From Thiocapsa sp. (GTDB lineage: Bacteria; Pseudomonadota; Gammaproteobacteria; Chromatiales; Chromatiaceae): a stretch of DNA of 64,000 nucleotides. The stretch lies in contig NZ_JAABRP010000008.1 in NCBI RefSeq assembly GCF_011390875.1, forward strand, positions 347-64,346, given 5' to 3'. This document shows positions 23,824-32,179 of this stretch, one piece after another. The first letter of the stretch is position 1. Each line of letters begins with the position of its first letter. The notes beneath the pieces are model-generated. The model worked only from the letters and a program-made list of their open reading frames with translations, ran no database searches and was not told the DNA's origin. The position numbers and the translations under genes were made by a program.

Positions 23824-25032
23824 TCAGAACACCAGCTCGTTGGCACCGAGAATGGCCATCAGGATCGAGATGATGATGCCCGCGACGACGACGCCGAGCC
23901 CGATGATGAGAATCGGCTCAAGCAACGTCAACATACTCTGGACACTGTTGCGAGTCTCCCGATCGTAGATGCTCGCCACCTTCGCGAGCATCGCGTCCAG
24001 GCTACCGGACTCCTCCCCGACACGGATCATCTGCAGCGCCAGATCGGGCAAGACCTCGAGACGCGCCAAGGGTCCGGCAAGACCTCGGCCGTGCTTGAGG
24101 TCGTCGCCGGCCTCGTTGAGCAGACCCGAGAGCTTGCGGTTGGAGACGACCTCCTTGGCAAGCGTCAGCGCACTGAGCAGGGGTAGGCCGTTCTTCAGAA
24201 GGGTGGCCAAGGTATGGCAGAGTCGGGCCGTCTCCATCTTCCAGATGAGATCCCCGAACAGCGGCACGCCCAGCACCTTGTGGTCGAACCGATCACGGAC
24301 GACCGGGTCCTGAAACCAACGCTCCAACACCACCGCGATCACGGCGATGCCGACCAGCATGGCCCACCAATAGTTGCGGAAGAGATCGCCGGTCGCGACC
24401 ACGATCCGGGTCGGCAGCGGCAGGGCCTCGCCCATGTCGTCGAAGAGCACCGTGAACTGGGGTACGACGAAGACCAGCAGCATGATGACCGACAAGGCGG
24501 CGACCACCAAGAGGATAGAGGGGTAGACCAGCGCGGAGGTGATCGTCTGGCGCAACTCGGCCAGTCGTTCGAGATAATCGGCGAGCCGATTGAGCACCTG
24601 GTCCAATGCGCCGCTGGCCTCGCCCGCACGCACCATATTGACGTAGAGCCGGGGGAACTGGCCGTCCTGCAGGTCGAGCGCGCTGGAGAAGGTCGCACCG
24701 CCGCGCACCCGCTCCTGCAGATCCGACAGCACCTGGATCAGGTGATCCTCTTCGGTGAGCTCCACCAGGATCTGGAGCGATCGGTCCAGGGTCATCCCGG
24801 CCTCGAGGAGGGTCGCCAGCTCGCGTGTCAGAATACCGATTTCCTTTTGGGTGATGCGCCGACGTCGCGTTCGCACGAAGCGGGCGCGCAGGCCCGCCGA
24901 GGAACGGGTCTCGATCGGGATCAGCCCTTCGGACTGGAGCTGGCGCACCAGCGCGGCCTCGTCGACCGCCTCCTGCTCACCCTCGACAGCCTCTCCGTCG
25001 AGCTTGACCGCTTTGTAGAAATATTTCGGCAC
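23824..25032 (-). CDS. gspF: T2SS inner-membrane platform protein GspF
   Basis: GTG 25032 has GAGGA 5 nt upstream and gives MPKYFYKAVKLDGE, the usual GspF N-terminus. Two T2SS-F repeats and three TM regions. The ORF is open to ATG 25071. Confidence 0.9.
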   Translation of the reverse strand: MPKYFYKAVKLDGEAVEGEQEAVDEAALVRQLQSEGLIPIETRSSAGLRARFVRTRRRRITQKEIGILTRELATLLEAGMTLDRSLQILVELTEEDHLIQVLSDLQERVRGGATFSSALDLQDGQFPRLYVNMVRAGEASGALDQVLNRLADYLERLAELRQTITSALVYPSILLVVAALSVIMLLVFVVPQFTVLFDDMGEALPLPTRIVVATGDLFRNYWWAMLVGIAVIAVVLERWFQDPVVRDRFDHKVLGVPLFGDLIWKMETARLCHTLATLLKNGLPLLSALTLAKEVVSNRKLSGLLNEAGDDLKHGRGLAGPLARLEVLPDLALQMIRVGEESGSLDAMLAKVASIYDRETRNSVQSMLTLLEPILIIGLGVVVAGIIISILMAILGANELVF

Positions 25033-25046
25033 TTCAGTCCTCGGTT

Positions 25047-25129
25047 GAACCGCGTCGCGGGCGATATGCACCGGATTCGCTTTGGATCGGCGTCGAGCAA
25101 CTCAATCGACGTCGCAGGAGACGCGGTTC
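25047..25129 (-). other. Nested inverted repeats in the gspE-gspF spacer (predicted RNA stem-loops)
   Basis: Outer 10-bp arms GAACCGCGTC (25047-25056) and GACGCGGTTC (25120-25129). Inner arms CGTCGA (25091-25096) and TCGACG (25106-25111). The outer arm ends just before the gspF Shine-Dalgarno sequence. Confidence 0.4.
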
Positions 25130-25239
25130 AAAAAATGAAAAGCGGTTCTAGTTACCCGAAGCCGCTTCCAGCTCGGAGCAATTGGGTTCGACCTCACGCT
25201 GCTTCGGGAAACAGCCTGATTGGTCGCTCGGGACGCGAC

Positions 25240-27114
25240 TCAGTCGACGCTGGGCTCTTCGCCTGCCTCGGCGACACGCAGCACCTCCTCGATCGTCGTG
25301 CGACCGTCGAGCGCCTTGCGCAGGCCGTCGAGGTACATGGTCTCCATCCCCTCGGCTACCGCAATCCGGCGAATCTCGGTCGCGGTCGCATGATTCAGAA
25401 CGGCCTTGCGGATCTGGTCCGTCATCAGCAGAACCTCGGTGATGACCAAACGGCCGCGATAACCGGTCCCGTTGCAGGCGTCGCAACCGATCGCGCGGTG
25501 CAGCTCGACATCCTCGGGTGCCGCGCCGATGGCGGCGAAACGCACCGCCAGCTCCGGGATCGCCGGATAGGACTCCCGACAGTGCGGGCAGAGCTTGCGT
25601 ACCAGGCGCTGGGCGAGGATGCCGTTGATCGTGGAGGTGAGCAGATAGTCCTCGACACCCATTTCAAGCAGTCGGGTGACGCCGCTGGCCGCGTCGTTGG
25701 TGTGCAGGGTCGAGAGCACGACATGCCCGGTGAGGGCCGACTGGACGGCGATCCGGGCGGTCTCGAGGTCGCGCATCTCGCCGACCATGATGACGTCTGG
25801 ATCCTGGCGCACGATGGCCCGCAAGGCGCTGGCGAAGGTCATGCCGATCGCGCTTTTCACTTGGATCTGGTTGATGCCGGCCAATTGGTACTCCACCGGA
25901 TCCTCGACCGTGATGATCTTGCGCTCCTCGGTGTTCATCCGGCTGAGCGCCGTGTAGAGGGTCGTACTCTTGCCCGAGCCTGTCGGCCCCGTCACGAGCA
26001 GGATACCGTAGGGTTTTTCGAGGATGAGCCTGAGGCGCTCGCGCGGCGAGCCGTCGAAACCGAGGGCGTCCAGATCAAAGCGCACGCTCTCTTTGTCGAG
26101 CAAACGCATGACCACGCTCTCGCCGAACATGGTCGGGACGGTTGAGACACGCAGGTCCAGCTCCCGGCCCTGGATTCGGATGGGGATGCGACCGTCTTGG
26201 GGTAAACGCCGCTCGGCGATATTGAGCTTGGCCATGATCTTCACGCGCGAGATGACCGCAGCCGTCGAGCGCACGGGCGGTGCGTCGACCTCCTTGAGGA
26301 TGCCGTCGACCCGGTAACGCACCTTCAGCTGGTCGGCGAAGGGTTCGATGTGGATATCCGATGCGCGTGATTCGAGTGCTTTTTGAATCAGCTGGTTGAC
26401 CATCCGGATGACCGGGGCCTCGCTGGCGAGGTCCTTGAGGTGCTCGATATCCTCTTCGTCGAAATCGCCGAGCGCCCCCTCGGCACTTTCCGGCGCCTCT
26501 TCGACCTTCTCGTAAAGGCGCTCGAGGGCCAGCTCGATCTCGCTCGGCAACCCCACGAGTGCCTTCACGGGTTTGCCCGCCGCCATCTGCATGGCCTCGA
26601 CGGCGAACCGATCGATCGGATGGGCGAAAGCGACTCGGATGCTGTCTTGATCCTCGGACAAGGGGAGAACCTTGGCGTCCTTCAGAAACCGCAGACTGAA
26701 GAGATCCTCGCGCAACGGCTCGGACGGGAAGGTGCTCGCGTCGGTCAGGGGAAGCTCGAGCACGTCGGACATGGCCTGCGCCATGTCGCGCTCGGAGATG
26801 AGTCCCAAGCGAACAAGCATCGGCAAGAGGGGGTCGCCCGCCTCGTCGGCGAGACGCCTCGCCCGCGCGAGATCTCCGGGCGAGAGCTTCCCGGACGCGT
26901 GCAGGTGTGCGACGACCCGCCCTTCCGGCGGTGGCTCCGGATGCGGGGTGTGCCGGGCTACCGAAGCGCCGGCCGCGTCGGGATCCACCGCATCGGGCGC
27001 AACCGAGGAATCGGGGAGGGCGGCGAGCGTTTGCGACCCGGAAGACATCTCGTCGAAGTCATCGCGCGTCGCGCTGATGCTCGGTGCCTCTTCGAGGACG
27101 GCGTCGTCATGCAT
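25240..27114 (-). CDS. gspE: T2SS assembly ATPase GspE
   Basis: Walker A GPTGSGKSTTLY. Tetracysteine motif CPHC...CDAC. T2SS-E N-terminal domain (LSPGDLARARRLADEAGDPLLPMLVRLGLISE) preceded by a low-complexity extension. ATG 27114 lies 6 nt after GGAGGA and overlaps the upstream stop (ATGCATGA). Confidence 0.92.
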   Translation of the reverse strand: MHDDAVLEEAPSISATRDDFDEMSSGSQTLAALPDSSVAPDAVDPDAAGASVARHTPHPEPPPEGRVVAHLHASGKLSPGDLARARRLADEAGDPLLPMLVRLGLISERDMAQAMSDVLELPLTDASTFPSEPLREDLFSLRFLKDAKVLPLSEDQDSIRVAFAHPIDRFAVEAMQMAAGKPVKALVGLPSEIELALERLYEKVEEAPESAEGALGDFDEEDIEHLKDLASEAPVIRMVNQLIQKALESRASDIHIEPFADQLKVRYRVDGILKEVDAPPVRSTAAVISRVKIMAKLNIAERRLPQDGRIPIRIQGRELDLRVSTVPTMFGESVVMRLLDKESVRFDLDALGFDGSPRERLRLILEKPYGILLVTGPTGSGKSTTLYTALSRMNTEERKIITVEDPVEYQLAGINQIQVKSAIGMTFASALRAIVRQDPDVIMVGEMRDLETARIAVQSALTGHVVLSTLHTNDAASGVTRLLEMGVEDYLLTSTINGILAQRLVRKLCPHCRESYPAIPELAVRFAAIGAAPEDVELHRAIGCDACNGTGYRGRLVITEVLLMTDQIRKAVLNHATATEIRRIAVAEGMETMYLDGLRKALDGRTTIEEVLRVAEAGEEPSVD

Positions 27115-29017
27115 CGGCATTCCTCCGGTCTTGGACGGCCTCGGTCGATACGGTCTCGGTCGACACGGTCTGGCCGTGCGGTTCAGGGTGCCATTCCGGC
27201 AGCATCGCCCGCAAGATGTTCGCCATTGCGGCGCGATCGTCGACGGCTGCGGCCTGCTCCAGTGCTGCAACGTTCTCGCCGGGCGCGGCCGTGATCAGTC
27301 CGCCGCTTCCCCGGGCCACGCGAATCTTCGGATGACGCGTCGCGACAAGATCCTCGGAGTCGTAGAAAAGCTCCTCGTAGAGCTTCTCCCCGGGGCGCAA
27401 TCCGATGTAGTGGATGGAAATATCCTCGCCGGGCTCGCGTCCGGAGAGTCGGATCATCTGCTCGGCAAGATACCGGATCTTGACCGGCTCGCCCATGTCC
27501 AGCACGAAGATCTCGCCGCCGTCGCCGATCACGGCGGCCTGCATGATCAGCTGGCACGCCTCGGGGATGGTCATGAAGAACCGCTCGATATCCGGATGGG
27601 TCACCGTGACCGGTCCGCCGTGCTCGATTTGCCGGCTGAACAGCGGCACCACGCTGCCCGCGGATCCGAGAACATTGCCGAATCGCACGGTGATGTAGCG
27701 ACACACGGATTCCTGATCCAAGGTCTGACAGATCGCCTCGGCGACGCGTTTGGTGGCGCCCATGACGTTGGCGGGGTGCACGGCCTTGTCGGTCGAGATC
27801 AAGACGAAGCGCTCGCATCCCCAGCGCGCCGCGGCCTCCGAAACAAGACGTGTCCCGGTCACGTTGTTGCGAACCGCTGCACGGAGCTGATCCTCGAGCA
27901 TCGGGACGTGTTTGTAGGCCGCGGCATGGAAGATGATCTGCGGGCGCTCCGCGGCAAAGACCGCATCCAGACCCGCAGCGTCCGCGACGTCCACCAGGTG
28001 ACGCGTGAAGCACAGGTTCGGATAGCGTTCGAGAAGCTCCATCTCGATGCGGTAGAGGTTGTACTCGCCGTTGTCGATCAGGATCAATCGAGACGGAACG
28101 GCAGCCGCGATCTGGCGCACGAGCTCGGAGCCGATGGAGCCGCCGGCGCCCGTTACCAGAACCGCGCGTGCGGAGAGTCCTGCGCGGATCCCCTCCCAGT
28201 CCAGACTGACGGGATCGCGACCGAGCAAATCCTCGATCGAGACAGGCCGCAACTGACTGATGCTGACCTGTCCGGTCATGAGATTACGCAGCTCCGGCAC
28301 CGTCCGAAACGGCCGCCCGGTGCCTTCGCACAACTCCACCAAGCGGCGCATCTCCTTGGCGGTCGCGCTGGGAACGGCCAACATCAGCAGATCGATATCC
28401 TCGCGCACGACGATCTCGGGGAGCGCCTCGGTCCGCCCGAGCACCGGGACACCGTGGACCTCGCTGCCCTGTCGACGCGGCTTGTCGTCGACGAAGCCCG
28501 CCGGGAAATAGGCGCGGCTCGCATCGCGGAGCATGTCGCGCACCAGCATCTCGCCGGCGCGCCCGGCGCCTACGATCAGGACGCGCTGACCCGAGCTCAG
28601 ATTGAGCCGGTGGTCCTTCATCCAGCGATAGAGAAGGCGCGGACCGGCCAACAGGAGCACCTGTAGCCCCAGGAAGAGCACGGGTACGGACCGGGGGATC
28701 AGCTCGGTGCGGTTCAGAATGAAGAGTGCGACCACCACCAGAACCGTTCCCGCGACTGCGGCCTTCACGATGCGCACCAGATCGGGGAGCGACGCGAAAC
28801 GCCACACCCCGCGATAGAGCCCGAACAGCCAGAAGACGGTGCCTTGAATGACGAGGACCCAGGGCAACGAGTTGAGCGCGCTGTCGACGAATTCCGGCGG
28901 GATCCGGCCGAGATTGAACCGCAGCCAATAGGCGGCGATCCACGCCACCGGGATCATGATGAGATCGTGCGAGAAGGCGGCGGTTCGCGAGCGTAGACGG
29001 TCGAGCAGGGGATTCAT
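27107..29017 (-). CDS. Membrane-bound nucleotide-sugar 4,6-dehydratase/epimerase (CapD/WbpM/PglF family)
   Basis: N-terminal TM segments, then Rossmann motifs LIVGAGRAGE and VTGAGGSIGSEL and the catalytic AAYKHVP. Start ATG 29017 forms ATGA with the upstream stop. Confidence 0.85.
   Translation of the reverse strand: MNPLLDRLRSRTAAFSHDLIMIPVAWIAAYWLRFNLGRIPPEFVDSALNSLPWVLVIQGTVFWLFGLYRGVWRFASLPDLVRIVKAAVAGTVLVVVALFILNRTELIPRSVPVLFLGLQVLLLAGPRLLYRWMKDHRLNLSSGQRVLIVGAGRAGEMLVRDMLRDASRAYFPAGFVDDKPRRQGSEVHGVPVLGRTEALPEIVVREDIDLLMLAVPSATAKEMRRLVELCEGTGRPFRTVPELRNLMTGQVSISQLRPVSIEDLLGRDPVSLDWEGIRAGLSARAVLVTGAGGSIGSELVRQIAAAVPSRLILIDNGEYNLYRIEMELLERYPNLCFTRHLVDVADAAGLDAVFAAERPQIIFHAAAYKHVPMLEDQLRAAVRNNVTGTRLVSEAAARWGCERFVLISTDKAVHPANVMGATKRVAEAICQTLDQESVCRYITVRFGNVLGSAGSVVPLFSRQIEHGGPVTVTHPDIERFFMTIPEACQLIMQAAVIGDGGEIFVLDMGEPVKIRYLAEQMIRLSGREPGEDISIHYIGLRPGEKLYEELFYDSEDLVATRHPKIRVARGSGGLITAAPGENVAALEQAAAVDDRAAMANILRAMLPEWHPEPHGQTVSTETVSTEAVQDRRNADA
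27140..27169 (-). repeat. Two tandem 15-nt units at the 3' end of the dehydratase gene
   Basis: ctcggtcgatacggt / ctcggtcgacacggt (one mismatch) encode TVSTE-TVSTE. They lie about 30 nt upstream of the gspE start. Confidence 0.7.
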
Positions 29018-30060
29018 GACGGCTCCGCCGAGGCGATGCGCTCGACCAGTCGTACCTTCAAATGGATCAAGGCATAGATCATCGCCCAAGCCCCGATCAA
29101 GAGCCACTGCTCATGCGGCGGGAGACGTGGAGAGGCCACCGCGCAAGCGGCCGCGGCGGCCATGATCGGATAGGCGTGCAGCAGGGTTCGACGATGACTC
29201 CATCCGGCCAGAACCAATCGCTGGTAGTGATGTTGGCGATGCGGCTCCCAGATGCGCTCGCGCCGCGCCAGACGGGCCAGTAGGGTCCAGGTCGCATCCA
29301 GGATGAATGGCGAGAAGGCGAGCCAGGCGCTCCAAAGCGGAAAGAGTCCGAGATGGGCGCCCCACAGGGAGAAGGCGGCCACGAACAACCCGAGACTCGA
29401 CGAACCCGCGTCGCCGAGAAAGATGCGTGCGGGTGGAAAATTACCCGTCAAGAACCCGGCGCTCGCGGCGGCAACGCAGGCCGACGCCAGCGCGAAGAGC
29501 GTTGCCCCGCCGGACCAGCCCAGGACCGCCAACGCGGAGAATCCGAACAGCGCCATCCCTGCGGCAAAGCCGTCCATCCCGTCCATGAAGTTGTAGAGAT
29601 TGATGAGCCAGACGACATAGACGAGGGTCAGCACGAGGGCAACCCACCCCGGAAAGACCAGGACCCATCCCGGTAAATCCAGCAGGGCCCAGCGCAGCCC
29701 GCCGCCGATCAACAGGAAGGCCGCACCGATCTGGGCGAGAAGCCTCAGACGCCGCGAGACCTCGCCTAGGTCGTCGAGGAAGGCGATCCCTGCGACCGGG
29801 AGCACGGCCGCAGCGATCCAGCCCAACTCAGGGGCGAAGATCCCCAATGCGACCAAGACCACGAGCGGCGCGCCCACGCCGAGCAGGACGGCCAGACCGC
29901 CGCTGCGCGGCACCGGCGTGCTGTGCAGCGAGCGCGCGTTGGGATAATCCAGCGGTCCGCGCCCGGCCGCGCCGTGCGAGACCAACCACCGGGTTGCCGA
30001 CACGCTCAACAAGAACGAGGCGAGGGCTGCAGCAGCCGAAAGCGGCATGTCGAGGGGCAT
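29014..30060 (-). CDS. Glycosyltransferase family 4 (WecA/WbpL/MraY-like undecaprenyl-phosphate sugar-1-phosphate transferase)
   Basis: Polytopic membrane protein with the NLYNFMDGMDG motif (NxxNxxDGxDG) and the N-terminal PNARSLHSTPVPRSGG motif. Confidence 0.8.
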   Translation of the reverse strand: MPLDMPLSAAAALASFLLSVSATRWLVSHGAAGRGPLDYPNARSLHSTPVPRSGGLAVLLGVGAPLVVLVALGIFAPELGWIAAAVLPVAGIAFLDDLGEVSRRLRLLAQIGAAFLLIGGGLRWALLDLPGWVLVFPGWVALVLTLVYVVWLINLYNFMDGMDGFAAGMALFGFSALAVLGWSGGATLFALASACVAAASAGFLTGNFPPARIFLGDAGSSSLGLFVAAFSLWGAHLGLFPLWSAWLAFSPFILDATWTLLARLARRERIWEPHRQHHYQRLVLAGWSHRRTLLHAYPIMAAAAACAVASPRLPPHEQWLLIGAWAMIYALIHLKVRLVERIASAEPS

Positions 30061-30113
30061 GATCCTTGTGTCCTGGGCTCACCGTGATCCGGGCCGGCGG
30101 CTTCGGTCTCCCG

Positions 30114-30668
30114 TCAGAGTGTTCGAGCCAATCCGCGCTCGACCTGGTCGCGCGATTCGCGCCCGAGCAGAAGCTCGATCAATTGCAGAGCGAAGTCCAT
30201 TGCCGTGCCGGGGCCGCGCGAGGTCACGATGGTCGAGTCGACAACGATCGCCGCGTCGGTAAAGTCAACCCTCGGAAAGGCCGCGGGATCGACCGAGCCC
30301 GGGTAGGCGGTCGCCGATCGCCCGTCGAGCAACCCCGCACCGGCAAGGACCTTCGGGGCGGCGCAAATCGCTGCGATGTAGCGCCCCGCTGCATGCTGAC
30401 TGCGCAGCAATGCGATGATGCGCGGATCGGCCGCAAGATGGTCGGCTCCGGGGAGTCCGCCCGGCAGGACGATCATATCGAAGGTTCGCCCGATTACGTC
30501 GTCGAGCCTGGTGTCCGCAATCAACAGGGTGCCGCGGCTCGCGGTCACCGGCCGATTGTCGAGCCCGGCCGTCACGACATCGATTGCGGCACGGCGCAGC
30601 AGGTCGATGATCGTGACGGCCTCGAGCTCTTCGCATCCCTGAGCGAGGGGGACGAGTACGCTTGGCAT
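30114..30668 (-). CDS. DJ-1/PfpI family protein (YajL/ThiJ-like)
   Basis: 184 aa. MIVLPGGLPGADHL and the nucleophile-elbow Cys in YIAAICAAPKVL. Confidence 0.8.
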   Translation of the reverse strand: MPSVLVPLAQGCEELEAVTIIDLLRRAAIDVVTAGLDNRPVTASRGTLLIADTRLDDVIGRTFDMIVLPGGLPGADHLAADPRIIALLRSQHAAGRYIAAICAAPKVLAGAGLLDGRSATAYPGSVDPAAFPRVDFTDAAIVVDSTIVTSRGPGTAMDFALQLIELLLGRESRDQVERGLARTL

Positions 30669-30724
30669 GATCGACTCCGATGTTGACAGAGAACGCCTCG
30701 GCGGACGTCACTCGAACTCACGCA

Positions 30725-32089
30725 CTAGGGAGTGCCTAGTCGTCCAAAAATATTCAACGCTCTCAGCACATTGAGAGCTTCCGCCAGTTGGAAGTCCTCG
30801 GCGACAAGTGACCCCTTCTCGGCCTCGCCCTCGGATGCGGATTTCGGGGCCTCGTCCTCGAGATGACGCACCAGATCGGACTCCTTCAGATCGTCCACGC
30901 CGTCAGCTGCCAAGGGTTTGAACTCGCCGCGCTCGAGCTCGATGTCCGGGGTGATGCCTTGGGCCTGGATCGAACGCCCGGAGGGTGTGAAGTAGCGCGC
31001 GGTCGTGAGCTTGAGCGCAGTGGTGTCGTCGATCGGCACGATGGTCTGCACGGAGCCTTTGCCGAAGGTCTGATTGCCCATGACGATGGCACGTTTATGG
31101 TCCTGCAGGGCACCGGCGACGATCTCGGAAGCCGAGGCGCTGCCGCCGTTGACCAGAACGACGATCGGAGCACCGGACAGGATATCGTCGGGTCCGGCCT
31201 GGAACTGGAGCTTGCTGTCCTCCTGCCGACCCTCGGTGTAGACAATCAGGCCACCGGTCAGGAAGGCGTCGCTCACCCCGACCGCGCTGTTGAGCACACC
31301 ACCCGGGTTGTTGCGCAGATCGAGCACGAGTCCCTTCAGAGTGCCGTTGTTGGCCGTCTTGAGCGTGTCTACCGCGGCAAGGACGTCCTCGGTCGTGCGC
31401 GATTGAAAGTGCGAGACGCGGATGTAACCGAAGCCGGGCTCCAAGGTACGGCTGCGCACGCTGGCAACCTGAATGACGGCACGCTCGAGCGTGACGTCGA
31501 ACGGAGGCTCGTCGCCGGTACGCATGATGGTGAGCTCGATGCTCGTGCCGGGCTCGCCCCGCATCAAGGTCACCGCATCGTTCAGACTCATCCCCTTTAC
31601 CGGCTTCTGGTCGATGCGCACGATCGTATCGCCGGTCTGAAGGCCCGCGCGCTGTGCCGGCGTGTCGTCGATCGGCGCGATCACCTTCACGAAGCCGTCT
31701 TCCATTCCGACCTCGATCCCGAGACCGCCGAACTCTCCGCGGGTACCGACCTGCAGCTCTTGGAACTCTTCGTTGTCGAGATAAGCCGAGTGCGGGTCGA
31801 GCCCCGCGAGCATGCCGCGGATCGCGCCTTCCAGCAGGGACTTGTCCGGCACGCCCTCGACGTACTCCTCCTTGATGCGTCCGAAGACCTCTGCAAACGT
31901 TCGAAGGTCGCGAAGCGGAAGTGCGTTTTCGTTTTCGGTCTCGGCCGGCGTCGGCGTGGTTACGGGAATATCCGGGTTCTCGACCGACTCGGCAAAGGCG
32001 CGATCGCCACGCGCGCCCGGCCAGACGAGACAAATTCCGAGGATCAAGGTCGAGGCGAATGATAGGCGTCGGGTCATGGCATGCATCAT
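30725..32089 (-). CDS. ctpA: Carboxy-terminal processing protease (S41 family)
   Basis: Signal peptide, a PDZ domain (GGLGIEVGMEDGFVKVIAPIDDTPAQRAGLQTGDTIVRID), and S41 motifs NGGSASASEIVAGALQD and FGKGSVQT. Confidence 0.88.
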   Translation of the reverse strand: MMHAMTRRLSFASTLILGICLVWPGARGDRAFAESVENPDIPVTTPTPAETENENALPLRDLRTFAEVFGRIKEEYVEGVPDKSLLEGAIRGMLAGLDPHSAYLDNEEFQELQVGTRGEFGGLGIEVGMEDGFVKVIAPIDDTPAQRAGLQTGDTIVRIDQKPVKGMSLNDAVTLMRGEPGTSIELTIMRTGDEPPFDVTLERAVIQVASVRSRTLEPGFGYIRVSHFQSRTTEDVLAAVDTLKTANNGTLKGLVLDLRNNPGGVLNSAVGVSDAFLTGGLIVYTEGRQEDSKLQFQAGPDDILSGAPIVVLVNGGSASASEIVAGALQDHKRAIVMGNQTFGKGSVQTIVPIDDTTALKLTTARYFTPSGRSIQAQGITPDIELERGEFKPLAADGVDDLKESDLVRHLEDEAPKSASEGEAEKGSLVAEDFQLAEALNVLRALNIFGRLGTP

Positions 32090-32179
32090 GGGATCACGTC
32101 GGTTGGGATCGGCACGCTGTTCGGCGGGCCGTGCGGAGCGAGGCCGTGCATATCCGACCCGCGAGTGCGGGACGATGAG

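Noticed and set aside
19460-28666. Plus-strand ORFs of 331-664 aa across the T2SS and sugar genes (19460..20863, 20493..21617, 22600..23595, 24214..26145, 26672..28666)
   Set aside because: They are antisense to genes with clear GspE/F/G/K/L and WbpM motifs. Their translations are R/G/D/H-rich with no recognisable domains.
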